From NCBI GenBank assembly GCA_965215165.1, contig CBDCCX010000006.1, positions 2,350,959 to 2,414,958 on the forward strand: 64,000 nt of DNA, given 5' to 3'. The stretch comes from Rhodothermales bacterium (GTDB lineage Bacteria > Bacteroidota > Rhodothermia > Rhodothermales > JANQRZ01). The notes beneath the pieces are model-generated. The model saw nothing but the letters and a program-made list of their open reading frames with translations, searched no databases and was not told the origin of the DNA. The translations under genes and the position numbers were made by a program. Below, piece after piece: positions 17,443-28,839 of the stretch. The stretch's first letter is position 1. Every line of letters starts with the position of its first letter.

Positions 17443-19131
17443 TCAGCCTTCGATCGTCTCGCCGTCCATCGGCTCGGGGGCGGGGGGGATGGCCTCGTTC
17501 AGCACGGCGTCGGTGTAGACCAGCCCCGCCGGTCCGGCCCCGTCGCCGCCTACGCCGTCGCCCGTCGCGCCGGTCGTCGTCATCGAGGGCGAGACCGGGT
17601 CGACGCCGCTGTTCTTCAAGACCTCGCGGAAGTCCGGGACCTCACTCTTGTCGATGCCCAAGCCGTCGGCGACGCCCTGGCCGAAGTCTTCGTGGACGAG
17701 GTAGAACTGCGGGAGCATCGCGAGCTGGATCCGCTTCGGGCTGCCGGTCATCGAGCCGACGATGTTGTCGACGAGCCGCTGCCGCGCGCCGTCGTCGAAC
17801 ACCTTGGTCCACATCAGATTCGGCTGGCCGAAGTAGTCCTTGTCCGTGCAGTCGTACCAGTCCCAGCGCTTGCCGTCGCCGTTGGCCGGCATCGCGGGCT
17901 CGTCGTAGCGGGCGCGGTTGGCCTGGGGTCCGCCGAACGAGTTCGGCTCGTAGTCCACTTGATTTCCCCCATTCCCGTCGACGCGCATGAAGCCGTCGCG
18001 GTGATAGGTGTTGTGGAAGGGGCAGCCGCGCGGCTGGTTGACCGGCACCTGGTGGAAGTTGACCCCGATGCGGTAGAGGTGCGCGTCGGCGTAGGAAAGC
18101 ACCCGGTTCTGGAGGACTTTGTCCGGCGAGATGCCGATGCCGGGGACGAGGTTCGACGGCTGGAACGCCGCCTGCTCGACCTCGGCGAAGTAGTTCACCG
18201 GGTTGCGGTTCAGCTCGAGCGTGCCGACCTCGATGAGCGGAAAGTCGTCGTGCAGCCAGACCTTGGTCAGGTCGAACGGGTGCCAGGCGTAGGCCTCGGC
18301 CTGGGCCTCGGTCATGACCTGGATGAAGACGGACCACGTCGGGAAGTCGCCGTCGTCGATAGCCTTCCACAGGTCGTGGGTCGAGTAGTCGGGGTCCTCG
18401 CCGGCCATCCGGGTGGCGGCGTCGTCGGTGAAGTTCTTGATGCCCTGGTCGGTCTTGAAGTGCCACTTGACCCAGACGCGCTCGCCGGCGTCGTTCCACA
18501 TCGACATCGTGTGGGACGAGTAGCCGTTCATGAAGCGCGCCGAGACGGGCGTGCCGCGGTCGGAGTAGAGGATCATCACCTGGTGGAGGGCCTCGGGGGA
18601 CAGGCTCCAGTAGTCCCAGCGCCGCCAGTGGGGCTTGAGGTGGCTGCCGGGCTCGCGCTTCTGGGTGTGGATGAAGTCGGAGAACTTCATCGGGTCGCGC
18701 AGAAAGAAGATCGGCGTGTTGTTGCCGACCATGTCCCAGTTGCCCTCCTCGGTGTAGAACTTCAGCGAGAAGCCGCGCGGGTCGCGCGCGGTGTCGGCCG
18801 AGCCGCTCTCGCCGCCGACGGTCGAGAAGCGGGCGAGCATCGCGGTCTCTTTGCCGACCTCGGAGAGGAAGGCGGCCTTGGTGTACCGCGTCACGTCGTT
18901 GGTGACGGTGAAGGTGCCGTGCGCGCCGTAGCCCTTGGCGTGGACCACCCGCTCGGGGACGCGCTCCCGGTTGAAGTGGTGCATCTTCTCGACGAGCCAG
19001 ACGTCCTGCATCAGCACCGGCCCGCGGTTGCCGGCGGTCTCCGAGTTCTGGTTGTCGGCGACGGGCCGGCCGAAGGCGGTCGTCAGGGTCGGTGCGTTTG
19101 GGTCTTGGTGGTCGGCTTTGTGCTGGCTCAT
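17443..19131 (-). CDS. Monofunctional heme catalase with a Gly/Pro-rich C-terminal tail
   Basis: 562 aa from the ATG at 19131. FNRERVPERVVHAKGYGAHG, RFSTVGGE, RDPRGFSLKFYTEEGNWD, and the proximal Tyr region RVLSYADAHLYRIG. Confidence 0.9.
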   Translation of the reverse strand: MSQHKADHQDPNAPTLTTAFGRPVADNQNSETAGNRGPVLMQDVWLVEKMHHFNRERVPERVVHAKGYGAHGTFTVTNDVTRYTKAAFLSEVGKETAMLARFSTVGGESGSADTARDPRGFSLKFYTEEGNWDMVGNNTPIFFLRDPMKFSDFIHTQKREPGSHLKPHWRRWDYWSLSPEALHQVMILYSDRGTPVSARFMNGYSSHTMSMWNDAGERVWVKWHFKTDQGIKNFTDDAATRMAGEDPDYSTHDLWKAIDDGDFPTWSVFIQVMTEAQAEAYAWHPFDLTKVWLHDDFPLIEVGTLELNRNPVNYFAEVEQAAFQPSNLVPGIGISPDKVLQNRVLSYADAHLYRIGVNFHQVPVNQPRGCPFHNTYHRDGFMRVDGNGGNQVDYEPNSFGGPQANRARYDEPAMPANGDGKRWDWYDCTDKDYFGQPNLMWTKVFDDGARQRLVDNIVGSMTGSPKRIQLAMLPQFYLVHEDFGQGVADGLGIDKSEVPDFREVLKNSGVDPVSPSMTTTGATGDGVGGDGAGPAGLVYTDAVLNEAIPPAPEPMDGETIEG

Positions 19132-19458
19132 GGCGGGCGAGAGTTGGTGCGACGAAAGGGGGTGGAAGATAGCGTCGCCCACCGTCGGGAGCGCGGCCCG
19201 GAGATCACGTTTCAGTGACACTATGTTCCACCGCCTAGTGCGGTGCGAGGCAGGGAGGCGTTCTCCGTTTTACACATAAACATGTTAGAGCACGCTGTCC
19301 AGGAATCCACTACATCTGTTTCAGGCTCGCCCCTATACACATATCACCGGCCGGGACCTACCTTCCCTTCCTCTCTGCTTTGCGCCACGCCTCCTGCTGT
19401 CCTTTTCTGAGGCCTCCGCGACGAGCATCACCCGAGGCTGCTTTCCTTTCCGTTTGGA

Positions 19459-20688
19459 GTGCGCACCGGACACTCCAACTGGCGACGGCGTGTGACGGCC
19501 CCTCTCCACCCTGGCATTGCCGTGCCCCGTCCCCTCGTCGTCTTTTCCCACCTCCGGTGGGACTTCGTCTACCAACGCCCGCAGCATCTGCTCACCCGCC
19601 TCGCTCGCACCTGGCCCGTCCTGTTCATCGAGGAGCCGGTCCGCGACGAGACCGAGCCGCACTGGGAGCGGTCGGAGCCAGAGGAGGGCGTCACCGTTTT
19701 GCGGCCGCACACGCCGGTCGAGCCGTGGGGCTTCAACGACGAGCAAGCCCCGGTCCTCGAGGTGCTCCTCGACGAGCTGGCCGAGGCGCAGTCTCTGCGC
19801 GGGGCCGTCGCGTGGCTCTACACGCCGATGGCGCTCGACCTGGCCCGCCGGCTCGACCCCACCGCCCTGGTCTACGACCGGATGGACGCGCTCGCGCAGT
19901 TCGCCCACGCGCCGCCCGAGATGCGACGCAACGAGAGCAGGCTGCTGGACGCGGCCGACGTGGTCTTCACCGGCGGCCCGAGCCTGCACCGCAGCGTCGA
20001 GGACCGGCACCCGAACGTGCACCTGTTCCCGTCGTCGGTCGAGGCCGAGCACTTCGCCAAGGCGAAAGACGGGTATAGCGCGCAGGCGAAAGATGGGATG
20101 TCCGAGCCGGAGGATCAGCGCGGCATTCCGCGTCCGCGGCTGGGCTACTTCGGCGTGATCGACGAGCGGATGGACCTGGACGTCGTCCGCGCCCTCGCCG
20201 AGACGCACGCTGAGTGGCAGGTCGTGATGGTCGGGCCGGTGGTCAAGATCGACCCGGCGTCGCTGCCCCAAGCGCCCAACCTCCACTGGCTCGGGCAGAA
20301 GGCCTACGCCGACCTCCCGGCCTACCTCGCCGGGTGGGACCTAGCGCTGCTGCCGTTCGCCCGCAACGAGTCGACCGAGTTCATCAGCCCGACCAAGACG
20401 CTCGAGTACTTCGCAGCCGAGGTGCCTGTCGTCTCGACCCCGATCACGGACGTGGCCGATCTCTACGGCGAGACGGTCTACCTCGGCGACACGCCCGGCG
20501 CGTTCGTCGCCGCCTGCGAATCGGCCCTCGCCTCGGACCCAGCCGAGCGGGCGGAGCGCGCCGGACGGATGCGGGCCGTCTTGGCCGCGACCTCGTGGGA
20601 CCGGACGGCGGCGGCGATGGAGCGGCTGCTCGGCGAGGTGCTAAAGGACAGAGCCCTCGAGGAAGAGGAGCCTATCGGCATCACGTGA
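19459..20688 (+). CDS. Glycosyltransferase (GT1-like family that typically accompanies glf)
   Basis: FSHLRWDFVYQRPQHLLTRLA N-terminal signature and a C-terminal GT-B-like region (NESTEFISPTKTLEYFAAEVPVVSTPI). The start may instead be the GTG at 19522. Confidence 0.7.
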   Translation: MRTGHSNWRRRVTAPLHPGIAVPRPLVVFSHLRWDFVYQRPQHLLTRLARTWPVLFIEEPVRDETEPHWERSEPEEGVTVLRPHTPVEPWGFNDEQAPVLEVLLDELAEAQSLRGAVAWLYTPMALDLARRLDPTALVYDRMDALAQFAHAPPEMRRNESRLLDAADVVFTGGPSLHRSVEDRHPNVHLFPSSVEAEHFAKAKDGYSAQAKDGMSEPEDQRGIPRPRLGYFGVIDERMDLDVVRALAETHAEWQVVMVGPVVKIDPASLPQAPNLHWLGQKAYADLPAYLAGWDLALLPFARNESTEFISPTKTLEYFAAEVPVVSTPITDVADLYGETVYLGDTPGAFVAACESALASDPAERAERAGRMRAVLAATSWDRTAAAMERLLGEVLKDRALEEEEPIGIT

Positions 20689-20754
20689 TGGGCTGACAGG
20701 CCTTTGGCACCGCGCCGCCCGATCTTGCCCTCTCCTCTCTTCACCTCTCCCCTC

Positions 20755-22024
<1,270 letters not shown>

Positions 22025-22038
<14 letters not shown>

Positions 22039-23182
22039 CACCCATAAACAGCTAGACCGAACTCCTCCCTTCCCGACGTTTTTCGGGGCCGGGTTCGAGT
22101 GCTCCACGCACCGCCGCGCCGACGGTCTCCGGCTCGACCTGCTCGCCGCCACGGGGCATGACCGCTGGGCGCAGCAGGACTATGCCGCCGCGCGCCGGCA
22201 TGGGCTGGGCTGGGCGCGCGACGGCCTGCGCTGGCACCGCATCGAGACCGCGCAGGGCTACGACTGGAGCGGGTGGCTGCCGCGACTGGGTGCCGCGCGC
22301 GACGCGGGCGTAACCGTCGCCTGGGACCTGTGCCACTACGGCTGGCCCGACGGGCTCGACATCTGGACGCCCGCGTTCGTCGACCGCTTCGCGGCCTTCG
22401 CCCGCGCCGCCGCCGAGGTCTTTCAGAGCGAGACCGACGCCGTGCCGGTCTGGTGCCCGGTCAACGAGCCAAGCTACTGGTCGTGGGCCGGCGGCGACCA
22501 AGCCCACTTCAACCCCGGCACGACCGGCCGCGGCTTCGAGCTCAAGGTTCAACTCGCCCGCGCCACGATTGCGGCCGCCGGCGCGCTCCGCAGCGTCGAC
22601 CCGCGCGCGCGCCTGCTCGCGGCGGACCCTGTGATCCACATCGCCCCGGCCCGGCCCGACGATGCGGCCGAGGCCGAGGCCCGCCGCCTGGCGCAGTTCC
22701 AGTCGTGGGACCTGCTCTCGGGCCGCCTCTGGCCTCAGATCGGCGGCCGGCCAGCGCTCCTCGACCTGATCGGGGTCAACTACTACGACCACAATCAGTG
22801 GACGCACGGCGGGCCGCACTTCGGCGACGAGCACCCGGCGTACCGCCCGCTTCGCCACATCCTCGGCGAGGTGTGGGACCGTTACGGCTGCCCGCTCGTG
22901 ATCGCCGAGACCGGCACCGAGGGCCCCGCGCGTCCGGCGTGGCTCGCCAAGATTGGGCGCGAGGCGCGGGCGGCGCGCGAGGCGGGCGTGCCGCTCGAAG
23001 GCTTGTGCCTCTACCCCGTCACCGATTACCCTGGCTGGGACGACGGGCGTGTCTGCACCTCCGGGCTGTTCGGCCTCGCCGGTGTGACGGGCGAGCGGCC
23101 GGTCTACGCGCCCCTCGCCGAGGAGCTGGCCCGGCAGCAGGTCCTCGTGGGCGAGCGCGCACGTGCGGAGGCGATGGCATGA
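22025..23182 (+). CDS. TIM-barrel glycoside-hydrolase-like protein (GH1-like)
   Basis: 385 aa. The ATG at 22025 overlaps the glf end by 14 nt. FGAGFECSTH, NEPSYWSW and VIAETG resemble the acid/base and nucleophile Glu contexts of GH1-type enzymes. Confidence 0.55.
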
Positions 23183-24303
23183 GCCGGCCTTCAGTCTGCC
23201 TCTACACCGAAAGCCCTGCGCCCTCGGGCGTCGGCTGCCACATGCTCGCGCTCGCCGAGCGGCTGCGCGACCGGTTCGCGCTCTCGTTCGCCTGCCCCCC
23301 CGGCCCCGGCGGGACGGCGCTGCTCGGCCAAGCCCACGCCCTCGGCCTGCCGACGCTCGCGCTCGACCGACTCGGTGCCCTCGTCCCGTTTCTCGATGCC
23401 CACGCGCCGGCGCTCGTCCACCTCCACGCCGGGATCGGGTGGGAAGGGCACGCCGGGGCGCGGCTCGCCGGGGCGTGGGGCGCGCGCGTGCTCCGCACCG
23501 AGCACCTGCCCTACCTCCTGACCGACCGCGTGCAGCAGGGCGACTACCACCTCGCGCTTGACGCCGTGGACCGCGTGCTGTGCGTCTCCGAGGGCGCGCG
23601 CCGGAGCTATGCCGAGGCTGGAGTTCCCGACGAGAAGTTGTGCGTCGTCCGCAACGGCATCCCCGAGCCGGTCGCTGGCTCCGACGGCCTGGGCGTCCGG
23701 CACCGACTCGGACTTGCACCCGACGCGCTCGTCGCGCTCACCGTCGGGCGCTTCACCGAGCAGAAGGGCTATGACGTGCTCTTGGACTCGGTCCCGGCCG
23801 TGCTCGATCATGTCCCCGAGACGCGGTTCCTCTGGGTCGGCGACGGGCCGCTCTGGGCCGAGACCAGCTACGAGGTCGCGCGTCGCGGGCTGGGAGAGCA
23901 GGTGTTGCTGCCCGGCCGCCGGAGCGACGTGCCGGACCTGATGGCGGCGGCCGACCTGTTCGTGCTGCCGTCGCGGTTCGAGGGGTTGCCGCTGGCCGTG
24001 CTCGAGGCGCTTGCGGCGCGACTGCCGGTCGTCGCCACGCGCGTGGTCGGGACCAAGGAGGCCGTGCTGGACGGCGAGACCGGATGGCTCGTCCCGCCCG
24101 AGAACGCGGTGGCCCTCGCCGTCACCGTCATCACGGCGCTTCAGGACGCTGGGCTCCGGCACCGCCGCGCCGAGGCAGCGCGCGCCGACTTCGAGGCCCG
24201 CTGGACCGCCCGCCGGATGGCCGACGACACCGCCGCCGTCTACGATGACCTCTTGGCTACGCCGCCGCGCCGCTCGCGCGCCACCTTCCTCTCCCTTCTA
24301 TGA
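23179..24303 (+). CDS. Glycosyltransferase family 4
   Basis: 374 aa with an ATGA overlap to the previous gene. GT-B C-terminal motif: LPSRFEGLPLAVLEALAARLPVVATRVVGTKEAVLDGETGWLVPP. Confidence 0.85.
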   Translation: MSRPSVCLYTESPAPSGVGCHMLALAERLRDRFALSFACPPGPGGTALLGQAHALGLPTLALDRLGALVPFLDAHAPALVHLHAGIGWEGHAGARLAGAWGARVLRTEHLPYLLTDRVQQGDYHLALDAVDRVLCVSEGARRSYAEAGVPDEKLCVVRNGIPEPVAGSDGLGVRHRLGLAPDALVALTVGRFTEQKGYDVLLDSVPAVLDHVPETRFLWVGDGPLWAETSYEVARRGLGEQVLLPGRRSDVPDLMAAADLFVLPSRFEGLPLAVLEALAARLPVVATRVVGTKEAVLDGETGWLVPPENAVALAVTVITALQDAGLRHRRAEAARADFEARWTARRMADDTAAVYDDLLATPPRRSRATFLSLL

Positions 24304-24812
24304 ACGGGGACCGCCCTATGAACACGGACCGCACCCTCGGCTCGCTCCGCACCGCCGCGCTTCTGCTCGGGGCCGGCATGGGCGGCTTCGTCGACGGCTT
24401 CGCGCTGCACCAGATCGCGCAGTGGCACAACATGCTCTCGGCCGTGCTCCCGCCGACGACGATGGAGGCGATGAGCACGAACATGGTCGCCGACGGGTGG
24501 TTCCACGCGGGCGTCTGGGGGATCACCCTGGGCGGCCTGCTGCTGCTCTACAGCACCGCCCGGCGGCTGCCGGCGCTCCCGCCGATGCGGTGGTTTGTCG
24601 GGATGCTGCTCGTCGGCTGCGGGCTGTTCAACCTGGTCGAGGGCGCGACCAATCACCACCTGCTGGAGCTGCACCACGTCCGCGACGTGCCGTACCACAT
24701 GCCCGTCTACGACTGGCTGTTCCTGCTTATCGGCGGCGTCGGCGTCGGCGCGCTGGGGTGGTCCATCGCCCGGTCCGCGAGCGCGCCAGCCATCCCAAAC
24801 GCGGAGCCCTAA
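24300..24812 (+). CDS. DUF2243-like integral membrane protein
   Basis: 170 aa with an ATGA overlap to the GT4 gene. GGFVDGFALHQIAQWHNMLS and four TM helices. Confidence 0.65.
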   Translation: MNGDRPMNTDRTLGSLRTAALLLGAGMGGFVDGFALHQIAQWHNMLSAVLPPTTMEAMSTNMVADGWFHAGVWGITLGGLLLLYSTARRLPALPPMRWFVGMLLVGCGLFNLVEGATNHHLLELHHVRDVPYHMPVYDWLFLLIGGVGVGALGWSIARSASAPAIPNAEP

Positions 24813-24836
24813 CCCCGCCTCACAGAGTCGCCTGCC

Positions 24837-25787
24837 ATGACCGACCACCCCGACATGCTCCCAGCGCTGACCGAGCCGCTGAGCCCGGTTCATCCCGTCA
24901 CCGACGACCTCGCCTACCTCCGCACGGTCATGGTGAACGTCTACCTCTACGGGCCGCCCCGGGCTGGCGACGGCGCGTGGGTCCTGGTCGATGCCGGGCT
25001 CTACGGCGCGGCGGGGCACATCCGCGAGGCGGCGGCCGAGCGGTTCGGCGAGGGCGCGCCCCCCGCCGCGATTGTCCTCACGCACGGACACTTCGACCAC
25101 GTCGGCGCGCTCAGCGCGCTCGCCGCCGCGTGGGACGTGCCCGTCTACGCCCACGCCTTCGAGCTACCCTACCTCACTGGCCGCTCGGCCTATCCCCCAC
25201 CCGACCCGACCGTCGGCGGCGGTGCCCTCGCAGCGCTCTCGTTCGCCTACCCGAAGGGGCCCATAGACCTCGGCTGGCGCGTGCGCGCGCTCCCGGAGGA
25301 CGGGACGGTGCCGGGGATGCCCGGCTGGCGGTGGATTCACACGCCGGGCCATACGCCGGGCCACGTCGCGCTCTGGCGCGAGGCCGACCGCACGCTCATC
25401 GCGGGCGACGCCTTTGTGACCGTGAAGCAGGAGTCGGCGCTCGCCGTGCTCCGGCAGCGGCCGGAGGTGCACGGGCCGCCGGCCTACTTCACCCCGGACT
25501 GGCAGGCTGCCGCAGCCTCCGCGCGGGCGCTGGCGGCCCTCGAACCGGAGGTCGCGGCGACGGGCCACGGCGTCCCGCTCCGGGGGCCGGCGATGCGCAT
25601 GGCCCTCGGCCGGCTGGCCGACGACTTCGAGCGCGCCGCCGTGCCAGAGCGCGGGCGCTACGTGGGACACCCGGCCGTGGCCGACGAGCGCGGCGTCGTG
25701 GCCGTGCCGCCGCCGGACCCGCGCCTCGCCGCGTGGCTCGTCGCCGGGGCCGCCGCTGTCGGGCTCACCCTCGCACTCCGCCGCTAA
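24837..25787 (+). CDS. MBL-fold metallo-hydrolase
   Basis: 316 aa. THGHFDHVGA metal-binding motif, then HTPGHTPGH. Confidence 0.8.
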   Translation: MTDHPDMLPALTEPLSPVHPVTDDLAYLRTVMVNVYLYGPPRAGDGAWVLVDAGLYGAAGHIREAAAERFGEGAPPAAIVLTHGHFDHVGALSALAAAWDVPVYAHAFELPYLTGRSAYPPPDPTVGGGALAALSFAYPKGPIDLGWRVRALPEDGTVPGMPGWRWIHTPGHTPGHVALWREADRTLIAGDAFVTVKQESALAVLRQRPEVHGPPAYFTPDWQAAAASARALAALEPEVAATGHGVPLRGPAMRMALGRLADDFERAAVPERGRYVGHPAVADERGVVAVPPPDPRLAAWLVAGAAAVGLTLALRR

Positions 25788-25812
25788 CGGCGCGCCCCCG
25801 CGCGCTTCTCCG

Positions 25813-26703
25813 ATGCCTGCCCTCTCTCCCTCTTCTCTTCGCACCGCGTTCCGGGCGCTCGTCGGCGACGGCGACTACCCCTGCGTGATGGCGAAGTCCG
25901 CGCTCCGGCGCGGCGAGGTGGCCTTCCACGCCTACCCGACCTTCGACGCGTCCGCGGCCGATGCGCTCGCGCGCGACCTCGCCCTGTTTGCGCACGCGCC
26001 CGAGCCGGAGCGGGGGGTACGCTCGTTCGTGGCCGTCTTCGGCGGCGACGCGCCCGCCTCGGAACGCGCGTTCGAGGAGCGGCTGTGGGCCATGCTCTCC
26101 GCCCTTCACGCTCGCGACGGCGCAGGTTGGGATCCGGCCGTCTCCGCCGACCCCGCCGATCCCGAGTTCTCGTTTTCGTTCGCCGGGCGGGCGTTCTACG
26201 TCGTCGGGATGCACCCGCGCGCGTCGCGGCCGGCTCGCCGGCTGGGGCACCCGGCGCTCGTGTTCAACCCGCACGAGCAGTTCGAGCAGCTGCGGCGCGA
26301 GGGGCGCTACGCGAAGGTCCGCAGCCTCATCCGCGAGCGCGACCGCGCGCTCGCCGGTTCGGTGAACCCGATGCTCGACGACTTCGGCGTGCGGAGCGAG
26401 GCGCGGCAGTACGCCGGCCGGGCCGTGGGGGAGGGCTGGCAGTGCCCGTTCGCGGCGGAAGCCGAGGCGGAAGCCGAGGCGGAAGCCGAGGCGGAAGCCG
26501 AGGCGGAAGCCGAGGCGGAAGCCGACGCCGAGACGCCGCCCCGTCCCTCCACTTTTGACGTGCGGCTACGCGCCGGCCGCATCCACCCTCCCTCTCCTCA
26601 TCCCCCCTCGTCATGTCCCGCCTCCGCGCCGTCAACCCCTCGCTCTGGATCGCCGACACCCCCCGCACCGACTACGACACGCTCGGAGCCGGCGAGCGAA
26701 TAG
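25813..26703 (+). CDS. YqcI/YcgG-family protein (family of the heme N-oxygenase GntA) with an (AE)n repeat and a Pro/Ser-rich tail
   Basis: PCVMAKSAL, SFVAVF, FSFSFAGRAFYVVGMHP, ALVFNPHEQF and RYAGRAVGEGWQCPF are family-typical blocks. The last 91 nt overlap the next gene, so the true 3' end is uncertain. Confidence 0.7.
   Translation: MPALSPSSLRTAFRALVGDGDYPCVMAKSALRRGEVAFHAYPTFDASAADALARDLALFAHAPEPERGVRSFVAVFGGDAPASERAFEERLWAMLSALHARDGAGWDPAVSADPADPEFSFSFAGRAFYVVGMHPRASRPARRLGHPALVFNPHEQFEQLRREGRYAKVRSLIRERDRALAGSVNPMLDDFGVRSEARQYAGRAVGEGWQCPFAAEAEAEAEAEAEAEAEAEAEAEADAETPPRPSTFDVRLRAGRIHPPSPHPPSSCPASAPSTPRSGSPTPPAPTTTRSEPASE
26452..26532 (+). repeat. 12-bp tandem repeat GCCGAGGCGGAA (5 perfect copies at 26461..26520, plus degenerate flanking copies)
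   Basis: Read directly from the sequence. It encodes AEAEAE... inside the YqcI/YcgG gene, and the period is a multiple of 3. Confidence 0.95.
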
Positions 26704-28157
26704 CGGCGGACGTGGTCGTCGTCGGGGCCGGGATCACCGGGCTCACGACGGCTCTCCTCCTCCAGCAGGACGGCGCGCGCGTGGCGCTCGTCGAGGCAGG
26801 GCGCGTGTGCGCCGGCGTCACGGCCTTCACGACGGGCAAGGTCACCTCGCTCCACGGCCTCATCTACGGCCCCTTGCAGGAGAAATTCGGCGAGGAGACC
26901 GCCCGCGTCTACGGCGAGGCGAACGAGGCGGCCGTCGCCCAGGTCGCCGCGCTCGTCGAGGAGCTGGGACTCGACTGCGGCTGGGAGCGGCGGCCGAACT
27001 ACACCTACACCACCGACGAAAAGACGCTGCCCGCCGTCGAGCGCGAGGTCGAGGCGGCCCAGCAGGCGGGGCTGGCGGCCTCGTTCACGACTGAGACCGA
27101 GCTGCCCTTCCCCGTCCTCGGGGCCGTCCGCGTCGAGGACCAAGCGCAGTTCCACGCGCGGAGGTACGGGCTCGGGCTGGCCGAGGCGTTCCGCGCGCGG
27201 GGCGGGCAGATTTTCGAGGAGAGCCGCGTCGTGGACGTGGACACCGCCGAGGGGCGATGCATGACCGAGAGCGGCGGCACGGTCGAGGCGGAGCACGTCG
27301 TCCTCGCCACGCACCTCCCGATCCTCGACCGCGGCGGCTTTTTCGCCAAGACGCACCCGCAGCGGACCTACCTCATGGCGTTCGAGACGCCCGAGCCCGC
27401 CCTCCAGAACATGTACCTCAGCAAGGGCGGCGGGCCGTCGTGGACGCTCCGCAGCGCCGAGGGCGGGCGCTACCTGGTCGCCGGCGGCCAGAGCCACAAG
27501 ACGGGCGAGGAGGCCGACACCCCGGCCCGCTACGCCGCGGTGGAGCGCTGGGCGCGCGAGCACTTCGGCGTCGGGCCGGCCGCCCACCGCTGGAGCGCGC
27601 ACGACTACGTGCCCGTCGACGAGATGCCGTACATCGGGAAGCTCCCGTTCGGGAACGGCCGCGTCTTCGTTGCCACCGGCTACAACAAGTGGGGGCTCTC
27701 GAACGGCACCGTCGCCGCGCTCATCCTCGCCGACGCCGTGGCCGGGCGGCCGAACCCGTGGGCCGAGACGTTCGACGCGAACCGGGCCGACCTCGCGGCC
27801 TCGGCGAAGGAGTTCGTCAAGGAGAACCTCGACGTGGCCGCCCGCTTCGCCGGCGACCGCATCCGCCACCTGGTCGGCCGCGACCCGGCCGAGCTGGGAC
27901 CGGACGAGGGCGCCGTCGTCGAGGCCGGCGGGCGGCGCGTCGGTGCCTACCGCGACGCGGAGGGACGGCTCCACGCCGTCTCCCTGACGTGTACCCACCT
28001 CGGCTGCCACGTGAACTGGAACCCCGCCGAGCGCTCGTGGGACTGCCCCTGCCACGGCTCGCGCTACGACGTGGACGGCCGCATCCTCCACGGCCCCGCC
28101 GTCCGCCCCCTCGACCGCGTTTCCCTCGACGACGAGCCCCTCGACGACGATGCCTGA
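26613..28157 (+). CDS. FAD-dependent oxidoreductase fused to a C-terminal Rieske [2Fe-2S] domain
   Basis: 514 aa. DVVVVGAGITGLTTALLL dinucleotide-binding motif. Rieske ligand motifs CTHLGCHV ... CPCHGSRY. Confidence 0.85.
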   Translation: MSRLRAVNPSLWIADTPRTDYDTLGAGERIAADVVVVGAGITGLTTALLLQQDGARVALVEAGRVCAGVTAFTTGKVTSLHGLIYGPLQEKFGEETARVYGEANEAAVAQVAALVEELGLDCGWERRPNYTYTTDEKTLPAVEREVEAAQQAGLAASFTTETELPFPVLGAVRVEDQAQFHARRYGLGLAEAFRARGGQIFEESRVVDVDTAEGRCMTESGGTVEAEHVVLATHLPILDRGGFFAKTHPQRTYLMAFETPEPALQNMYLSKGGGPSWTLRSAEGGRYLVAGGQSHKTGEEADTPARYAAVERWAREHFGVGPAAHRWSAHDYVPVDEMPYIGKLPFGNGRVFVATGYNKWGLSNGTVAALILADAVAGRPNPWAETFDANRADLAASAKEFVKENLDVAARFAGDRIRHLVGRDPAELGPDEGAVVEAGGRRVGAYRDAEGRLHAVSLTCTHLGCHVNWNPAERSWDCPCHGSRYDVDGRILHGPAVRPLDRVSLDDEPLDDDA

Positions 28158-28839
28158 CCTCGAGCCCGAACCCGCCCTCACGCCCCTCGCCGGCCGCTGC
28201 CGGATCGCGCCCTCCAGCGGGACCGCCTTCCGCCTCCGCCGCGGGCAGCGCTTGCGCGTGACCGACCCGGAGGGTCAGCAGGTCTCGGACCTGATGGTTT
28301 TCGCCGACCCGCCCGACGGGCCGGACCCCGGCCACTGGCTCAGCTCCGGCCGCACGTTCGACTACGAGGAGACGATCCGGCTCACGACGGGCCACCGGCT
28401 CTGGAGCAACCGGAGCGAGCCCATGCTCACCATCACCGAGGACACGTGCGGCGTCCACGACTTCCTCCTCACGCCCTGCTCGCCCGAGATGTACACGCTC
28501 CTCTACGGCCTCCCGCCGGGCCACGAGCATGCGAGCTGCCTGATGAACCTCGCCCGTCACCTCGGCCCGTTCGGGATGGGCCGCGACCGCGTGCCGACCA
28601 CGTTCAACATCTTCATGAACGTGCCAGTCCGTCCCGACGGCTCGCTCTCCGTCGAGCCGCCGACGAGCCGGCCGGGGGATTACGTCGTGTTCCGGGCCGA
28701 GATGGACCTGGTCGTCGGGCTCACGGCGTGCGCGGCCGAGGGCACCAACAACGGCGCGCTCAAGCCCATCGACTTCGAGGTGCTCCCGCCCGAGGCGGAG
28801 GCCGAACCCGAGACGGCTGCGGCCGAGGTAGCGCGATGA
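28150..28839 (+). CDS. DUF1989 protein (urea-carboxylase-associated / carboxyguanidine-deiminase-type family)
   Basis: 229 aa with an 8-nt overlap (ATGCCTGA) to the previous gene. GQQVSDLMVF, GVHDFLLTPCS, NIFMNVPV, PGDYVVFRAEMDLVVGLTAC. Confidence 0.75.
   Translation: MPDLEPEPALTPLAGRCRIAPSSGTAFRLRRGQRLRVTDPEGQQVSDLMVFADPPDGPDPGHWLSSGRTFDYEETIRLTTGHRLWSNRSEPMLTITEDTCGVHDFLLTPCSPEMYTLLYGLPPGHEHASCLMNLARHLGPFGMGRDRVPTTFNIFMNVPVRPDGSLSVEPPTSRPGDYVVFRAEMDLVVGLTACAAEGTNNGALKPIDFEVLPPEAEAEPETAAAEVAR

Noticed and set aside
26452-26532. Regular short repeats that could be taken for a CRISPR array.
   Set aside because: The period is only 12 bp, there are no spacers, and the repeats lie entirely inside a coding frame where they encode (AE)n. 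No cas genes are present in the window.
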